Below are positions 7,121-16,584 of a stretch of DNA of 27,634 nt, one piece after another (within the stretch, counting starts at the first letter, position 1; the number at the start of each line of letters is the position of its first letter). The stretch is from Candidatus Micrarchaeota archaeon. GTDB lineage: Archaea > Micrarchaeota > Micrarchaeia > Anstonellales > Bilamarchaeaceae. A program made the translations under genes and the position numbers. The notes under the pieces are model-generated. The model did no database searches and had not been told where the DNA came from. It was given only the letters and a program-made list of their open reading frames with translations. The stretch covers positions 1-27,634 of the forward strand of contig JBGFRX010000012.1 of the NCBI GenBank assembly GCA_041694885.1. The letters run 5' to 3'.

Positions 7121-8779
7121 ATGGCAAGACAGGTAGGAGGACAGGAGGGGTATGTTATGCCCGAGGGCGCGCAGCGCGTGCTCGGAAGGGACGCGATGAG
7201 AATAAACATCGCAATAGGGTATGCGGTCGCGAACATAATAAAGACCACTTTGGGACCGAAGGGAATGGATAAGATGCTGGTCTCGGATTTGGGAGATATA
7301 GTCATTACCAATGATGGTGCGACGATTCTGGAGGAAATGAACGTGGAGCACCCTGCGGCAAAGCTCATGGTGGAAGTCGCGAAAACGCAGGACAAGGAAG
7401 TGGGGGACGGAACGACCACGAGCGTGGTCATAGCTGGAAACCTTCTGAAAAAAGCAGGAGACCTTCTGGACCAGAACATCCATCCAACCACGGTGATAAA
7501 GGGCTACGAGCTCGCCGGAAAAAAGGCAGAGGACGTACTCAGGAAAATTTCGGACAAGGTAACGATGGAAGATGGGGAAGTGCTGAAGAAGATAGCGCTC
7601 ATCTCGATGGGCTCGAAGGGGATAGGGAGCGAAGGCGAGAAGGCGAAGATATCCGACCTCGTTGTGAAGGCGATCAAGCAGGTCGTGGAGAAAAAGGACA
7701 ACAAGCTCGTCGTGGATACGGACCTGGTAAAAATAGAGAAGAAGGCGGGCGGAGAAGTTATGGACACGAACCTCATCGCGGGCGTGCTTGTGGACAAGGA
7801 AGTCGTGCATGCAGGGATGCCCAAGGAGGCGAAGAACGCGAAGATAGCGCTCATCGATGCTGCTCTTGAAATAGAGAAAACCGAGACAGACGCCAAAATA
7901 GAAATAACGAGCCCAAACCAGATGGAGGCGTTTCTCAAGCAGGAGGAGAAGATGCTCAAGGACATGGTTGACAGGATTTCTGCAACTAACGCGAACGCGG
8001 TGTTCTGTCAGAAGGGAATAGACGACGTTGCGCAGCACTATCTCGCGAAAGCAGGGATAATGGCCGTGAGGAGGGTGAAGAAGAGCGACGTAGAGAAGCT
8101 TGCAAGGGCAACGGGCGCAAAGATCGCGTCCTCACTGGAGGACCTGAGCGCAAAGGACCTCGGGTTCGCAGGAAGCGTGTACGAGCGCAAGATCGCAGGA
8201 GAAGCAATGGTGTTCGTGGAGAACTGCAAGGATCCGAAGAGTGTCACGATTTTCGTGCGCGGAGGAACCGACCACGTGGTGAGCGAGGTGGAAAGGGCAG
8301 TGAAGGACGCAATAGGCGCGGTTTCCGCATCTCTTGAAGACGGCACCTACGTAACTGGAGGAGGGAGTATAGAGATGGAGCTTTCGAAGGAGCTCATGTC
8401 CTACGCAACGGAGATAGGAGGAAGGGAGCAGCTCGCGATACAGGCGTTTGCGGAATCGCTCGAATCCATTCCCCGTACGCTTGCGGAGAATGCAGGAATG
8501 GATGCGATAGACACCATTGTCGCGCTCAGAACCAGGCACAAGGGCAAAGATGGGAAATACGCGGGGGTTGACGTGATCGCAGGCCAGGTTGGGGACATGG
8601 AAAAGAACGGCGTGCTCGAGCCGGCAAAGGTGAAGAAGCAGGCGATCGCAAGCGCAACTGAAACAACGCGGCTCGTCCTTAGAATCGATGACATAATAAG
8701 CTCCAAGGGCAAGAGCGGCCCACCTGGCGGTGGACCAGGAGGGCCTGGAGGAATGGGCGGGCCAGGAGAGGAAATGTAA
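7121..8779 (+). CDS. ths: Thermosome subunit (group II chaperonin)
   Basis: [35 protein letters not shown] and LRIDDII motifs with a Gly/Pro/Met tail. Start at ATG 7121, after GGTGA. Confidence 0.98.
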   Translation: MARQVGGQEGYVMPEGAQRVLGRDAMRINIAIGYAVANIIKTTLGPKGMDKMLVSDLGDIVITNDGATILEEMNVEHPAAKLMVEVAKTQDKEVGDGTTTSVVIAGNLLKKAGDLLDQNIHPTTVIKGYELAGKKAEDVLRKISDKVTMEDGEVLKKIALISMGSKGIGSEGEKAKISDLVVKAIKQVVEKKDNKLVVDTDLVKIEKKAGGEVMDTNLIAGVLVDKEVVHAGMPKEAKNAKIALIDAALEIEKTETDAKIEITSPNQMEAFLKQEEKMLKDMVDRISATNANAVFCQKGIDDVAQHYLAKAGIMAVRRVKKSDVEKLARATGAKIASSLEDLSAKDLGFAGSVYERKIAGEAMVFVENCKDPKSVTIFVRGGTDHVVSEVERAVKDAIGAVSASLEDGTYVTGGGSIEMELSKELMSYATEIGGREQLAIQAFAESLESIPRTLAENAGMDAIDTIVALRTRHKGKDGKYAGVDVIAGQVGDMEKNGVLEPAKVKKQAIASATETTRLVLRIDDIISSKGKSGPPGGGPGGPGGMGGPGEEM

Positions 8780-8780
8780 A

Positions 8781-8830
8781 TTTTCCTTTTTCATTTCCCG
8801 TTTCGCTTCTTTTTTTTCTTTCCTCTTTCC
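8781..8830 (+). terminator. Oligo-T tract, likely archaeal intrinsic terminator of the thermosome gene
   Basis: Several T runs (up to T8) directly after the stop codon. Confidence 0.5.
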
Positions 8831-9840
8831 GTTCGCTTTTTCCCGTTCTTCGTTTTCCGCTTTTTCGCCTCGTTATTTTTCCCAGTCTTTCTCGTTCGGT
8901 TTTTTCGTTTGTTTTCATTCGCACAGGTATTTTTATTGTGAATGAATTCTTCGAATCTTTTTGCAACGACTTCGGCAAGCATTTCCCGCGCCTGCTTCGT
9001 ATTCCAGGCGATATGCGGCGTAAGGAGGGCATTTCTTGCTGTAAGCAGGGGATCGCCATTTTGCGGCGGCTCTTTTGAAAAGACATCTACGATTGCGCCG
9101 CGTATTTTGCCTTCGTTTAATGCGTTGGCAAGTGCTGCCTCAACAACTATGCTCCCCCGTGCAATATTCACGACTACTGCAGAATTACCGAGCGCGCTTA
9201 TTTTTTCCCTGTCAAAGAATCCGCGCGTCTGCGCGGTTCCCGGAAGGGCAATGACCACGATTTCCGCATCCGCAAGGAGCTTGTCGAGTTCGCGATATCC
9301 GGCAATGGCGTCTTCTCGTTTTCTATCCCAATAGAAAACGTTCATTCCAAACGCCTTCCCAATTTCGGCGATTTTTTTTCCTATGGAGCCAAAACCCAGA
9401 ATTCCGAGTTTTTTTCCACCGAGCTCTTCAGCTTCGAATCCGCCTCTTTTTCCCCATTCATCCATGCGCAGAATTGCAGGCCTGCGGTAAAAATTCAGGA
9501 GCTGGCAGAATACGAATTCTGCGACTGCCTGGCTCGCATAACCGTGCGCGTTTGAAACCGTAATGCCGCGCTTTTCAGCAAGTGCCAAATCCACACAGCT
9601 ATAATCCGATATGGTTAATCCGATGTACTCGAGATTCCGGCATTGTTCAAACACGGCTTCGTTTTTGTAATCCAGAGCGTCGCTGATGACGTAGTGGGAA
9701 TCCCGGATTTCCTCCACAAGTTCCTTGAGCGATGCGGGATATTTCGGCGCTGTTTCCATGGAAACGCCGCTCAAGCCCAAAAGCGAGATTTTTTTCAGGA
9801 AGGGTTGCGGTTGCCGCAATATGAGTTTCAATTTCTTCAC
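8791..9840 (-). CDS. D-isomer-specific 2-hydroxyacid dehydrogenase family protein with a basic low-complexity C-terminal extension
   Basis: AVAEF, GILGFGSIG (Rossmann), NIARG, DVFSKEP and LTPHIAW (catalytic R/E/H). GTG start overlaps the upstream TGA (GTGA). Confidence 0.9.
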   Translation of the reverse strand: MKKLKLILRQPQPFLKKISLLGLSGVSMETAPKYPASLKELVEEIRDSHYVISDALDYKNEAVFEQCRNLEYIGLTISDYSCVDLALAEKRGITVSNAHGYASQAVAEFVFCQLLNFYRRPAILRMDEWGKRGGFEAEELGGKKLGILGFGSIGKKIAEIGKAFGMNVFYWDRKREDAIAGYRELDKLLADAEIVVIALPGTAQTRGFFDREKISALGNSAVVVNIARGSIVVEAALANALNEGKIRGAIVDVFSKEPPQNGDPLLTARNALLTPHIAWNTKQAREMLAEVVAKRFEEFIHNKNTCANENKRKNRTRKTGKNNEAKKRKTKNGKKRTERGKKKKKRNGK

Positions 9841-10841
9841 TTTCCATCACCATAGACCTTATAAGAGAGGCAGCCGCCCTGGCATGGCCTGCCGCATGTT
9901 TTGCATGCGCCGAACGACGGCTTTTTTCTTAGTCGTGCCTCTTCGGACTGGAAATGAAAAATCGCGTCTGCGAGCTCTTCCGCGCTTTTTATCGGCCCTT
10001 TCTTCACATCATCCAATATTGTGCAGAATTGGACCGTGCCATCCGGGCGCACATAGGATGCGACATTGCATGTCTTGTCCAGATTTGAGTATTCTTTGAA
10101 TTTTTCAAAAACGCCTTCCGGGAATATGCATTTCTGTACTGGCCGCACTAGCTCGAGATTCACTCCGAATTCGAAGCATTTGGAAATAAAGGCGGAAAGA
10201 ATACCTCCGATTTCAACGAAATTTTCATGCCTTACGTAATCGCGCATGTTTTTTGCAGGGCTGGTGATAGACCATGCTATTGGTATATCGAATGCTGCGG
10301 CGATTTCCAGCAGCCCCATGTATTCGAAATTCGCCCCGTGGAAATTTACTCTAAGTTTAACGCGTTTCCCGCTCCCATGGGCATATTTAAGATTGGCCAG
10401 AAACGTCTTCCGGTGGCTTTCGTCACAAAAATGCACCGGCTCGTAGTGAAAATAGATGGCATCAACAGCAGGACTCGAGGCAACGATATTTCTGTTCTTC
10501 ATGCCGAAGGAACCATTTGTGAAAAAATTGACCATCAGACCAACGTCTCTTGCAGAATCAATGTAAGAACCGATATTCTCCATAATAAGCGGTTCCCCGC
10601 CCAGGATAGTTATGCTTTCCAAGCTTGGTAAAACCTGCTTGAACCATCCGCCGATTTTTTTAAATTTCGCAACAGGCATGATTTCGTCGCTTTTCTGGCC
10701 TTCTGCATAGCAATAAGGGCATTTTTTGTTGCAAGCGTAACTTATGACTATTTCCGGAGGACATTTTGTATTATGGTATATCCGTCCAGCTTCCGGTCCC
10801 TTGGCGTCTTTAAGAGGCGCAACCGATATTGCACTCCGCAT
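9837..10841 (-). CDS. Radical SAM protein with SPASM/twitch domain
   Basis: CNKKCPYC (CxxxCxxC), GGEPL, FTNG, and C-terminal C...VRPDGTVQFC...CKTC..CQGGC. Start placed at ATG 10841 because TTTATAAA lies at 10865-10872. Confidence 0.9.
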   Translation of the reverse strand: MRSAISVAPLKDAKGPEAGRIYHNTKCPPEIVISYACNKKCPYCYAEGQKSDEIMPVAKFKKIGGWFKQVLPSLESITILGGEPLIMENIGSYIDSARDVGLMVNFFTNGSFGMKNRNIVASSPAVDAIYFHYEPVHFCDESHRKTFLANLKYAHGSGKRVKLRVNFHGANFEYMGLLEIAAAFDIPIAWSITSPAKNMRDYVRHENFVEIGGILSAFISKCFEFGVNLELVRPVQKCIFPEGVFEKFKEYSNLDKTCNVASYVRPDGTVQFCTILDDVKKGPIKSAEELADAIFHFQSEEARLRKKPSFGACKTCGRPCQGGCLSYKVYGDGK

Positions 10842-11065
10842 GGAATGCACTATGCTGCGCAATGTTTATAAAGTTATTTTTAGTGGTTATACAAGATAAA
10901 AAAGTGCATGAAGAAATTGCGCGAAAGACGGTTTTCTTCTTTTCGTTTTCCAACGCGTAGATGAAAAAGGTGGAAAAAATACGTCGGCTTTTGGGAAACA
11001 TTTATATAACCGCTATGGCATAAGGCATGTGCGGCCAGGAAAAATGCAAAGGCCCAGGTGCCGGA

Positions 11066-12679
11066 ATGCCAGACGTATTCGACAAATTCAGGGAATATTC
11101 TGTTGCGGAATTCTTCAAGAAGAACAGGCAAATGCTCGGGTTCTCGGGCAAGGTCAGGAGCTTGACGACCATAGTGCACGAATACGTCACGAATTCTCTG
11201 GATGCATGCGAAGAGCACGGGATTCTCCCTGAAATAAAAGTAGAGCTGAAGGAGCTCGGCAACGGGAACATATCCGTGAAGAATATCGACAATGGAATGG
11301 GGATTCCTGAAAAATTGATAGGAAAGGCGCTGGGCCAGATGCTTGCCGGAACGAAATTCGCAAGATATGCGCAGCAAAGGGGCCAGCAGGGGATAGGGGC
11401 TGCTGGATGCACGATGTATGCGCTGCTCACTACTGGAAAGCCGGTTTACGTCGAATCCAGATATAAAGGGGTATTGATAAAATGCCGGCTCGCAATTGAT
11501 TTCAAGTCCAACGCACCTGTGCTGAGCGAAGTAGTGAAAGAAGAGAACAGCAATGGAACAGGGGTTTTGGTCGAGGCGGAGTTCGGGAACGTGAAATACG
11601 ATTCAGGCCCTTATGGGGTATACGAATACCTCAAAAGGACCGCGATAGCGAACCCGCACGCGCAAATCACATTGGTGGAGCCGAACGGAAATACGGTTCT
11701 GTTCCCGAGAAGCGATGAAAACATCCCTTCCAGGCCAAAGGACGTGCTTCCGCACCCGCTGGGAATAACTACCCATGATTTGATTGATTTTGCGAAAAAG
11801 GAGAAGGAATATTCCACAATGCAGCAATTTTTGCAGGAGCGGTTCGCAAGAGCCAGCGCTGCAAAAGTGCAGGAAGTGAAGGCGCTTGTCCCTGAACTGG
11901 ACTTCGGGAAAAATCCGAAAGACCTGAGCTGGGAAGAAGCGGAGAAAATGGTAAAGGTGTTTGCGCAGGTGAAATGGATAGCGCCTGCAACTGACAGCGT
12001 GGTTCCCATAGGAAAGGAGCAGATAGAGAAGGCGATGAAGAACATACTCATGCCGGAATTCATTTCGGTTACGGAGCGCAGTCCGAAGGTGTTCAGAGGG
12101 GGGATTCCTTTTCTTGTCGAGGCAGCGGTTGCCTATGGGGGAAATTCCGGAAGAGTAAAGGCAGAAGGCGGAAGGAGTGGGGACATACTAAGGTATGCGA
12201 ACCGCGTGCCGCTGCTGTTCGACGCTGGCGGCTGCGTGCTTACCGAGGCGGTGAAGAACATCGACTGGAAACGCTACGGGATAAGGAATTTCGACGAGGA
12301 AGCAATTACGGTTTTCGTGAATTTCGCTTCCGTGCACGTTCCGTATACGGGCGCAGGGAAGCAGGCAGTTGCGCAGGACGAGGACATAATCGACGAGATA
12401 AGGAATGCGGTGCAGGAGGCCGCGCGCTCCATGCAGAGGTATGTGGGAAGGGTGGTGCGCGAGCGCGAAAGGGAGGGAAAGAAAAAGTCGGTGCTCAGGT
12501 ATACTGAGCAATTGTCGAAGGACCTTGCGGAACTCGCTGGAGAAAAAAATCCCATCGGGTTGCAGAAGATGCTCATGGAGATAGTGGAAAAGAAATACGA
12601 AGGCGAGGCGAACGGAGAAGAAGTCGCGAACGCAGAAAAGAAGGAAAAATTGGATGAGGAGAAGGTTCCTGAAGAATAA
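11066..12679 (+). CDS. top6B: DNA topoisomerase VI subunit B
   Basis: SVAEFFKKNRQMLGF, HEYVTNSLDACEE, DNGMG, RGQQGIG (GHKL), RYANRVPL, VPYTGAGKQ. Start uncertain (11027 or 11066); TATA at 11001-11008 and AGGTG favour 11066. Confidence 0.97.
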   Translation: MPDVFDKFREYSVAEFFKKNRQMLGFSGKVRSLTTIVHEYVTNSLDACEEHGILPEIKVELKELGNGNISVKNIDNGMGIPEKLIGKALGQMLAGTKFARYAQQRGQQGIGAAGCTMYALLTTGKPVYVESRYKGVLIKCRLAIDFKSNAPVLSEVVKEENSNGTGVLVEAEFGNVKYDSGPYGVYEYLKRTAIANPHAQITLVEPNGNTVLFPRSDENIPSRPKDVLPHPLGITTHDLIDFAKKEKEYSTMQQFLQERFARASAAKVQEVKALVPELDFGKNPKDLSWEEAEKMVKVFAQVKWIAPATDSVVPIGKEQIEKAMKNILMPEFISVTERSPKVFRGGIPFLVEAAVAYGGNSGRVKAEGGRSGDILRYANRVPLLFDAGGCVLTEAVKNIDWKRYGIRNFDEEAITVFVNFASVHVPYTGAGKQAVAQDEDIIDEIRNAVQEAARSMQRYVGRVVREREREGKKKSVLRYTEQLSKDLAELAGEKNPIGLQKMLMEIVEKKYEGEANGEEVANAEKKEKLDEEKVPEE

Positions 12680-12692
12680 AGAAGTGGTGTTT

Positions 12693-13862
12693 ATGAATCC
12701 AAAGAAAAGTCCGGAAGAAAGCGGTGTCAAAACCCAAAACCCGAAACGCGAAACCCTGAAGCCGCTGGGAGGGAAGGAGACGCTTGCGCGGTTGGAGGGA
12801 ATGGGGAAAAAATTAGTGCAGGACGTGAGGGAAGGCGAGGAGCCGAAATTCTCCATGCCCCTCAGGAGCAGGAGCAACATAATTTACGATGAAGGAATGA
12901 AGTTTCTGCGCATAGGTGCCAGGACCGAGGAAAGGAAATTCGTGAGCGTGGGCCAGGCGAAAAAGTTCATGCAGACAGTGGCGATTGCGAACAAGGCGAG
13001 GAAGTTCGTGAACGAGGATTTGCACACTTCCATCAGAGGTCTTTACTACCAGTTGAAATTCACATTGGGCGAGGACATAGATGAGGAACTATTCTCCGAG
13101 CAGAGCGAATCGAACGAGCTCATAGAGGATTTGGAAGTCGCGCTTTCCGTAAAGAGGGAGGATTTCAACCTCACCACGGACAGGAAAGGAGTGGTCGCAG
13201 GCCCACTCAGGATAAAGGATAAGTTTGCGGGCGAGGAGACGATCATAGATGGTACGAAAATGGGAAGGAGCGGATGGATGGTACCGAGCGACGTGGACAA
13301 CGGAATGGAGTTTGTGGATGTGAAAGCGGACTATGTATTAGTAGTGGAAAAAGATGCTCTATGGCAGCGCCTGAACGAGGATAAGTTCTGGAAAAAAGAG
13401 AACTGCATAATCATCACTCCAAAGGGACAGGCGTCCAGGGGCACGAGGCGGCTTATAAGGAAGCTCGCGGATGAAGGGCTGCCTGTTTTTGCATTTACCG
13501 ATTGCGACGCGTGGGGATGGTACATCTACTGGACCATGAAAACAGGAAGCATGAACCTCGCCTATCTCGGAAGGGATTTCGCGATTCCGGAAATGAGATT
13601 CATAGGCGTGACTATGAGGGACATAGAGGAATTCAAATTCCTCCAAAAATTGACTATAAACGCGAAGGAAGTAGATCTGAAAAGGGCAGAGGAGATGCTT
13701 TCCTATCCCTGGATAAACGCACACAAGTCATGGGTCGAGGAGCTGAAGAGAGTGCTGAAAACGAAGAAAAAACTGGAGCAGGATGCGCTCCAGGGCCAGA
13801 AACTCACTTTCGTAGGCGACTACATAAGAAGGAAAATATCTGAAAAAGATCTTCTTCCCTGA
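12693..13862 (+). CDS. top6A: DNA topoisomerase VI subunit A
   Basis: SIRGLYY (catalytic Tyr region), EQSES..IEDLE, TOPRIM VVEKD and DCDAWG, KLEQDAL. Start at ATG 12693, after GGTG. Confidence 0.97.
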   Translation: MNPKKSPEESGVKTQNPKRETLKPLGGKETLARLEGMGKKLVQDVREGEEPKFSMPLRSRSNIIYDEGMKFLRIGARTEERKFVSVGQAKKFMQTVAIANKARKFVNEDLHTSIRGLYYQLKFTLGEDIDEELFSEQSESNELIEDLEVALSVKREDFNLTTDRKGVVAGPLRIKDKFAGEETIIDGTKMGRSGWMVPSDVDNGMEFVDVKADYVLVVEKDALWQRLNEDKFWKKENCIIITPKGQASRGTRRLIRKLADEGLPVFAFTDCDAWGWYIYWTMKTGSMNLAYLGRDFAIPEMRFIGVTMRDIEEFKFLQKLTINAKEVDLKRAEEMLSYPWINAHKSWVEELKRVLKTKKKLEQDALQGQKLTFVGDYIRRKISEKDLLP

Positions 13863-13883
13863 AAAATCCGGCACTACGTTCCA

Positions 13884-13931
13884 ACTTGAGCAGGAATAGA
13901 CGGATTTGGCTGTATTTGTTCATGCTCAAGT
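13884..13931. terminator. Imperfect 15-bp inverted repeat between convergent genes; possible bidirectional terminator or stability hairpin
   Basis: ACTTGAGCAGGAATA (13884-13898) versus TGTTCATGCTCAAGT (13917-13931), 13/15 complementary. Confidence 0.35.
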
Positions 13932-16478
13932 GCAGTATTTGAGGCAGGACGGGGGAGTGGAAGGATTTACGTAGCACATATACGTTGCGCTGTATGTGGA
14001 GCCGATCTTTGCAGCTGAGCAGCACTCGGATTCCATGCTATTGGTTTCGCATCTGTATTTTATTATATTTTTATTCGCGTCTGCACTGTCCGGGCATTTG
14101 AGGGTCGGGCAGGCGCCGGAAGTGAGGCCCTTGTACTTTTCCAGGATGTTGTAGGCATAGGAAAAGCTGTTTTGGGAATAGCCATTGTTTGTGCGGCCGT
14201 GTTCGCAATATCTCACGTAATCCAGGAAGTCCTTGTTCCCGCAGCACTGCTTTCTCTTCTCGTAAGCCGGGTTGCCGATGCATTTGTCCTCTTCCGGGAA
14301 CGTCGCGGCAGTGCACTCGCTCGCGCTGTTCCTGTTTTTTTGCCTGCTGAAATGCTCTATCCAGTCGAGCTGGCTTTCTGATGAAGCATGGCATGCGGGC
14401 TTTGACTGATGGCCGAACATGCTGTCGAGCGCAAGGAACACTGCATACCACGTTTTCCTGTCCTCGTAATCCGGATCCGAGCTCGAAAGCCCGAGCTCGG
14501 AAAGATGGCTATTCACCATGTCCTGCGCTTTCGGAAGATAGTCCGTCATGAATTTGTACGCGTACGCGCATGGCCCATCATAAGCCCTGAACGGGCTGAA
14601 ATCAGGATAGCCGTCTTCGGTTGCATTGGCTGCGCACGCGCTCACTGCAGGAACGCTGGACAGGGAATCGCCGTATTGCTTGTATATTGAAGAGGGATAT
14701 TCGATAACCTGTGCAAGGCCGTACGCGCAGGGCTTGCATTCGCCGCCTTTCCTTCCCTTGGTTGCGAAATACGATTCCGGATGGCAGGGCGTAATCGAAT
14801 AGGAAGTATCATCGAGGTCTTCGTAATGCTTGTCCGGAGTTGGGCAGCAGGAAAGAAGAAGGTCTTCTTTGGGAATGTTCTTGGTATTGCACGTGTTCCA
14901 CGATTCTGGTACGAAACTCATCGCGCACTGGTCGAAGTTGCTTTCCTGCCAGATAATTGCACGCAGCAGCACCGGATCCATGTCGAATGCGTCTGCTGCT
15001 ATTTCTATCGGCTTGTCGTAGTCGCTGCATTCCCTGCTCGAAGGGTTCGGAATCAAGCTGGAAACGAAATCAGTCGGGATTATGCCGTTCCTGATGCAGC
15101 CCATGCAGGAAAAGAACGTGTCCGCCGCCTCGATTTTGTACGAATCGGGCAACATGGGCTCCACCCCACTATCTGTTTCCTTTATGTAGTTGTGGATGTT
15201 CGAATTGTACGAAGCGAAATCGCACGAGCGCGAGCCGGTGGAAAATACAGCTGGGATTATTCCGGACATGTTTCCCCCTATCCCGGTATAATATGCCTGG
15301 CAGAGGCCGAAGTAATTGGAAAACCTCGATTCTGCCTCTTGCGGGTTTGAAGAGTAAGAGCACCCGGAGCCCGAGTCGAAATTCGGGTTTATGAATGCGC
15401 AGTTAGTGCATCCCAGCGGACCCAGCCCGTAGAGGGAATAGACGGATACGCCTATTATGCCGTTCATCACGAACGCATCCACATAGCTGTAGAGCAGGGA
15501 ATAAGCAGTGTCAACGCTTTCGTTGCTCCAGGTGCAGGAATTGTCCGAACTGTTCGCCTGGTCGAAAAGCACGTATGTTATGAGCGAAGGCCTGGTGTAA
15601 TTCCTGAGCATGAATTTCGAGAAATTGTTCGCATACCAGATAGGCAAGTCCGGCTTGCACTGCGGGAAATAACGAGAATTTATCCCGTATGCCAGGAGAT
15701 CCACATTATCGAGCACCGAGCTGTCGGAAAAGAGCTCCTGCGTGACATTGTATTCGCTCGAGCCGTTCATTTTTACGCCGAGCGCGATGAGGCATTTGGG
15801 ACAATTGGCTTTCATCCTGCTCAGCTGGTCCTTCACCATTGCGTAGCGGCTCGCGTTGCTGTTGTCCAATTCCGCCTCGCTCACTATTATCGCAGGCCCT
15901 GCGCCGCTGAGTTCCTTCGCTATCTCTCCTGCGCGGTCTGCGTCCGCGTTCGTGAAATTGCTGTACAGGATATATACTGGAATCACGTTCTTATCGAGGA
16001 AGCACTCGGCCCTTTCTTTCGTAGGCAGCTTGTAACCGGAATATTTGCTCCCAGTGAGCCATTTCACGCTCATCTTCATTGAGTTGTTGCAATAAGCATT
16101 GGCGTCGCTGAAGGAAAGCATGGAATGACCTGCTCCGTACATGAAAAGGCGTATCATTTTGTTCGGGTAGTTTCCGTGTACGATGTCGCTGAATTTCGTC
16201 TCGTTGCATTCCTCGAACGTGCAGTTCCCTCCCTTGAGCGAAGAATCGAAAAAGATGTTGAACGGAAAGGTTGGGCTTTTGTTCTGGCATACCATCGCGA
16301 TACACATCCCTGGAGGATAATCGGCCATATCATCCGACGCATTGAGAGAAAAAACCTTTGGAGCCAAGTCGCCTGCAAGCTCCGTAGCAGCTGCGTCGTA
16401 TCCGCTTCCCGTGCATCCGTAAAAAAATGCAAACGCGAATACGAGCGCAGGCAAAAGCGGGATATTTTTTTCATTCAT
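13926..16478 (-). CDS. Cys-rich predicted lipoprotein with a putative glycoside-hydrolase-like barrel and a lytic transglycosylase (SLT)-like domain
   Basis: Signal peptide ending FFYGC (lipobox-like). IEIAADAFDMDPVLLRAIIWQESNF and AYGLAQV match SLT motifs I and II. Many Cys; 850 aa. Confidence 0.75.
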   Translation of the reverse strand: MNEKNIPLLPALVFAFAFFYGCTGSGYDAAATELAGDLAPKVFSLNASDDMADYPPGMCIAMVCQNKSPTFPFNIFFDSSLKGGNCTFEECNETKFSDIVHGNYPNKMIRLFMYGAGHSMLSFSDANAYCNNSMKMSVKWLTGSKYSGYKLPTKERAECFLDKNVIPVYILYSNFTNADADRAGEIAKELSGAGPAIIVSEAELDNSNASRYAMVKDQLSRMKANCPKCLIALGVKMNGSSEYNVTQELFSDSSVLDNVDLLAYGINSRYFPQCKPDLPIWYANNFSKFMLRNYTRPSLITYVLFDQANSSDNSCTWSNESVDTAYSLLYSYVDAFVMNGIIGVSVYSLYGLGPLGCTNCAFINPNFDSGSGCSYSSNPQEAESRFSNYFGLCQAYYTGIGGNMSGIIPAVFSTGSRSCDFASYNSNIHNYIKETDSGVEPMLPDSYKIEAADTFFSCMGCIRNGIIPTDFVSSLIPNPSSRECSDYDKPIEIAADAFDMDPVLLRAIIWQESNFDQCAMSFVPESWNTCNTKNIPKEDLLLSCCPTPDKHYEDLDDTSYSITPCHPESYFATKGRKGGECKPCAYGLAQVIEYPSSIYKQYGDSLSSVPAVSACAANATEDGYPDFSPFRAYDGPCAYAYKFMTDYLPKAQDMVNSHLSELGLSSSDPDYEDRKTWYAVFLALDSMFGHQSKPACHASSESQLDWIEHFSRQKNRNSASECTAATFPEEDKCIGNPAYEKRKQCCGNKDFLDYVRYCEHGRTNNGYSQNSFSYAYNILEKYKGLTSGACPTLKCPDSADANKNIIKYRCETNSMESECCSAAKIGSTYSATYMCYVNPSTPPSCLKYCT

Positions 16479-16505
16479 GCAATCACTTTCGAAAACCGGT
16501 TAAAG

Positions 16506-16548
16506 CAAATCCGAAATGTGGAAACAGGAAACGGAAAACTGGAAACCC
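16506..16548 (+). repeat. Degenerate heptamer tandem repeat (GAAACAG GAAACGG AAAACTG GAAACCC)
   Basis: 7-nt periodicity in the intergenic gap between the two large envelope genes. Confidence 0.65.
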
Positions 16549-16584
16549 GTTTATTGTCCACACGGAGAAAATATAAACCCATGT

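Noticed and set aside
10810..11001. 63-aa Cys-containing ORF as precursor peptide for the radical SAM/SPASM enzyme
   Set aside because: It overlaps the rSAM start, its TATA box and the divergent top6B promoter region, and has no SD or leader/core pattern. More likely non-coding.
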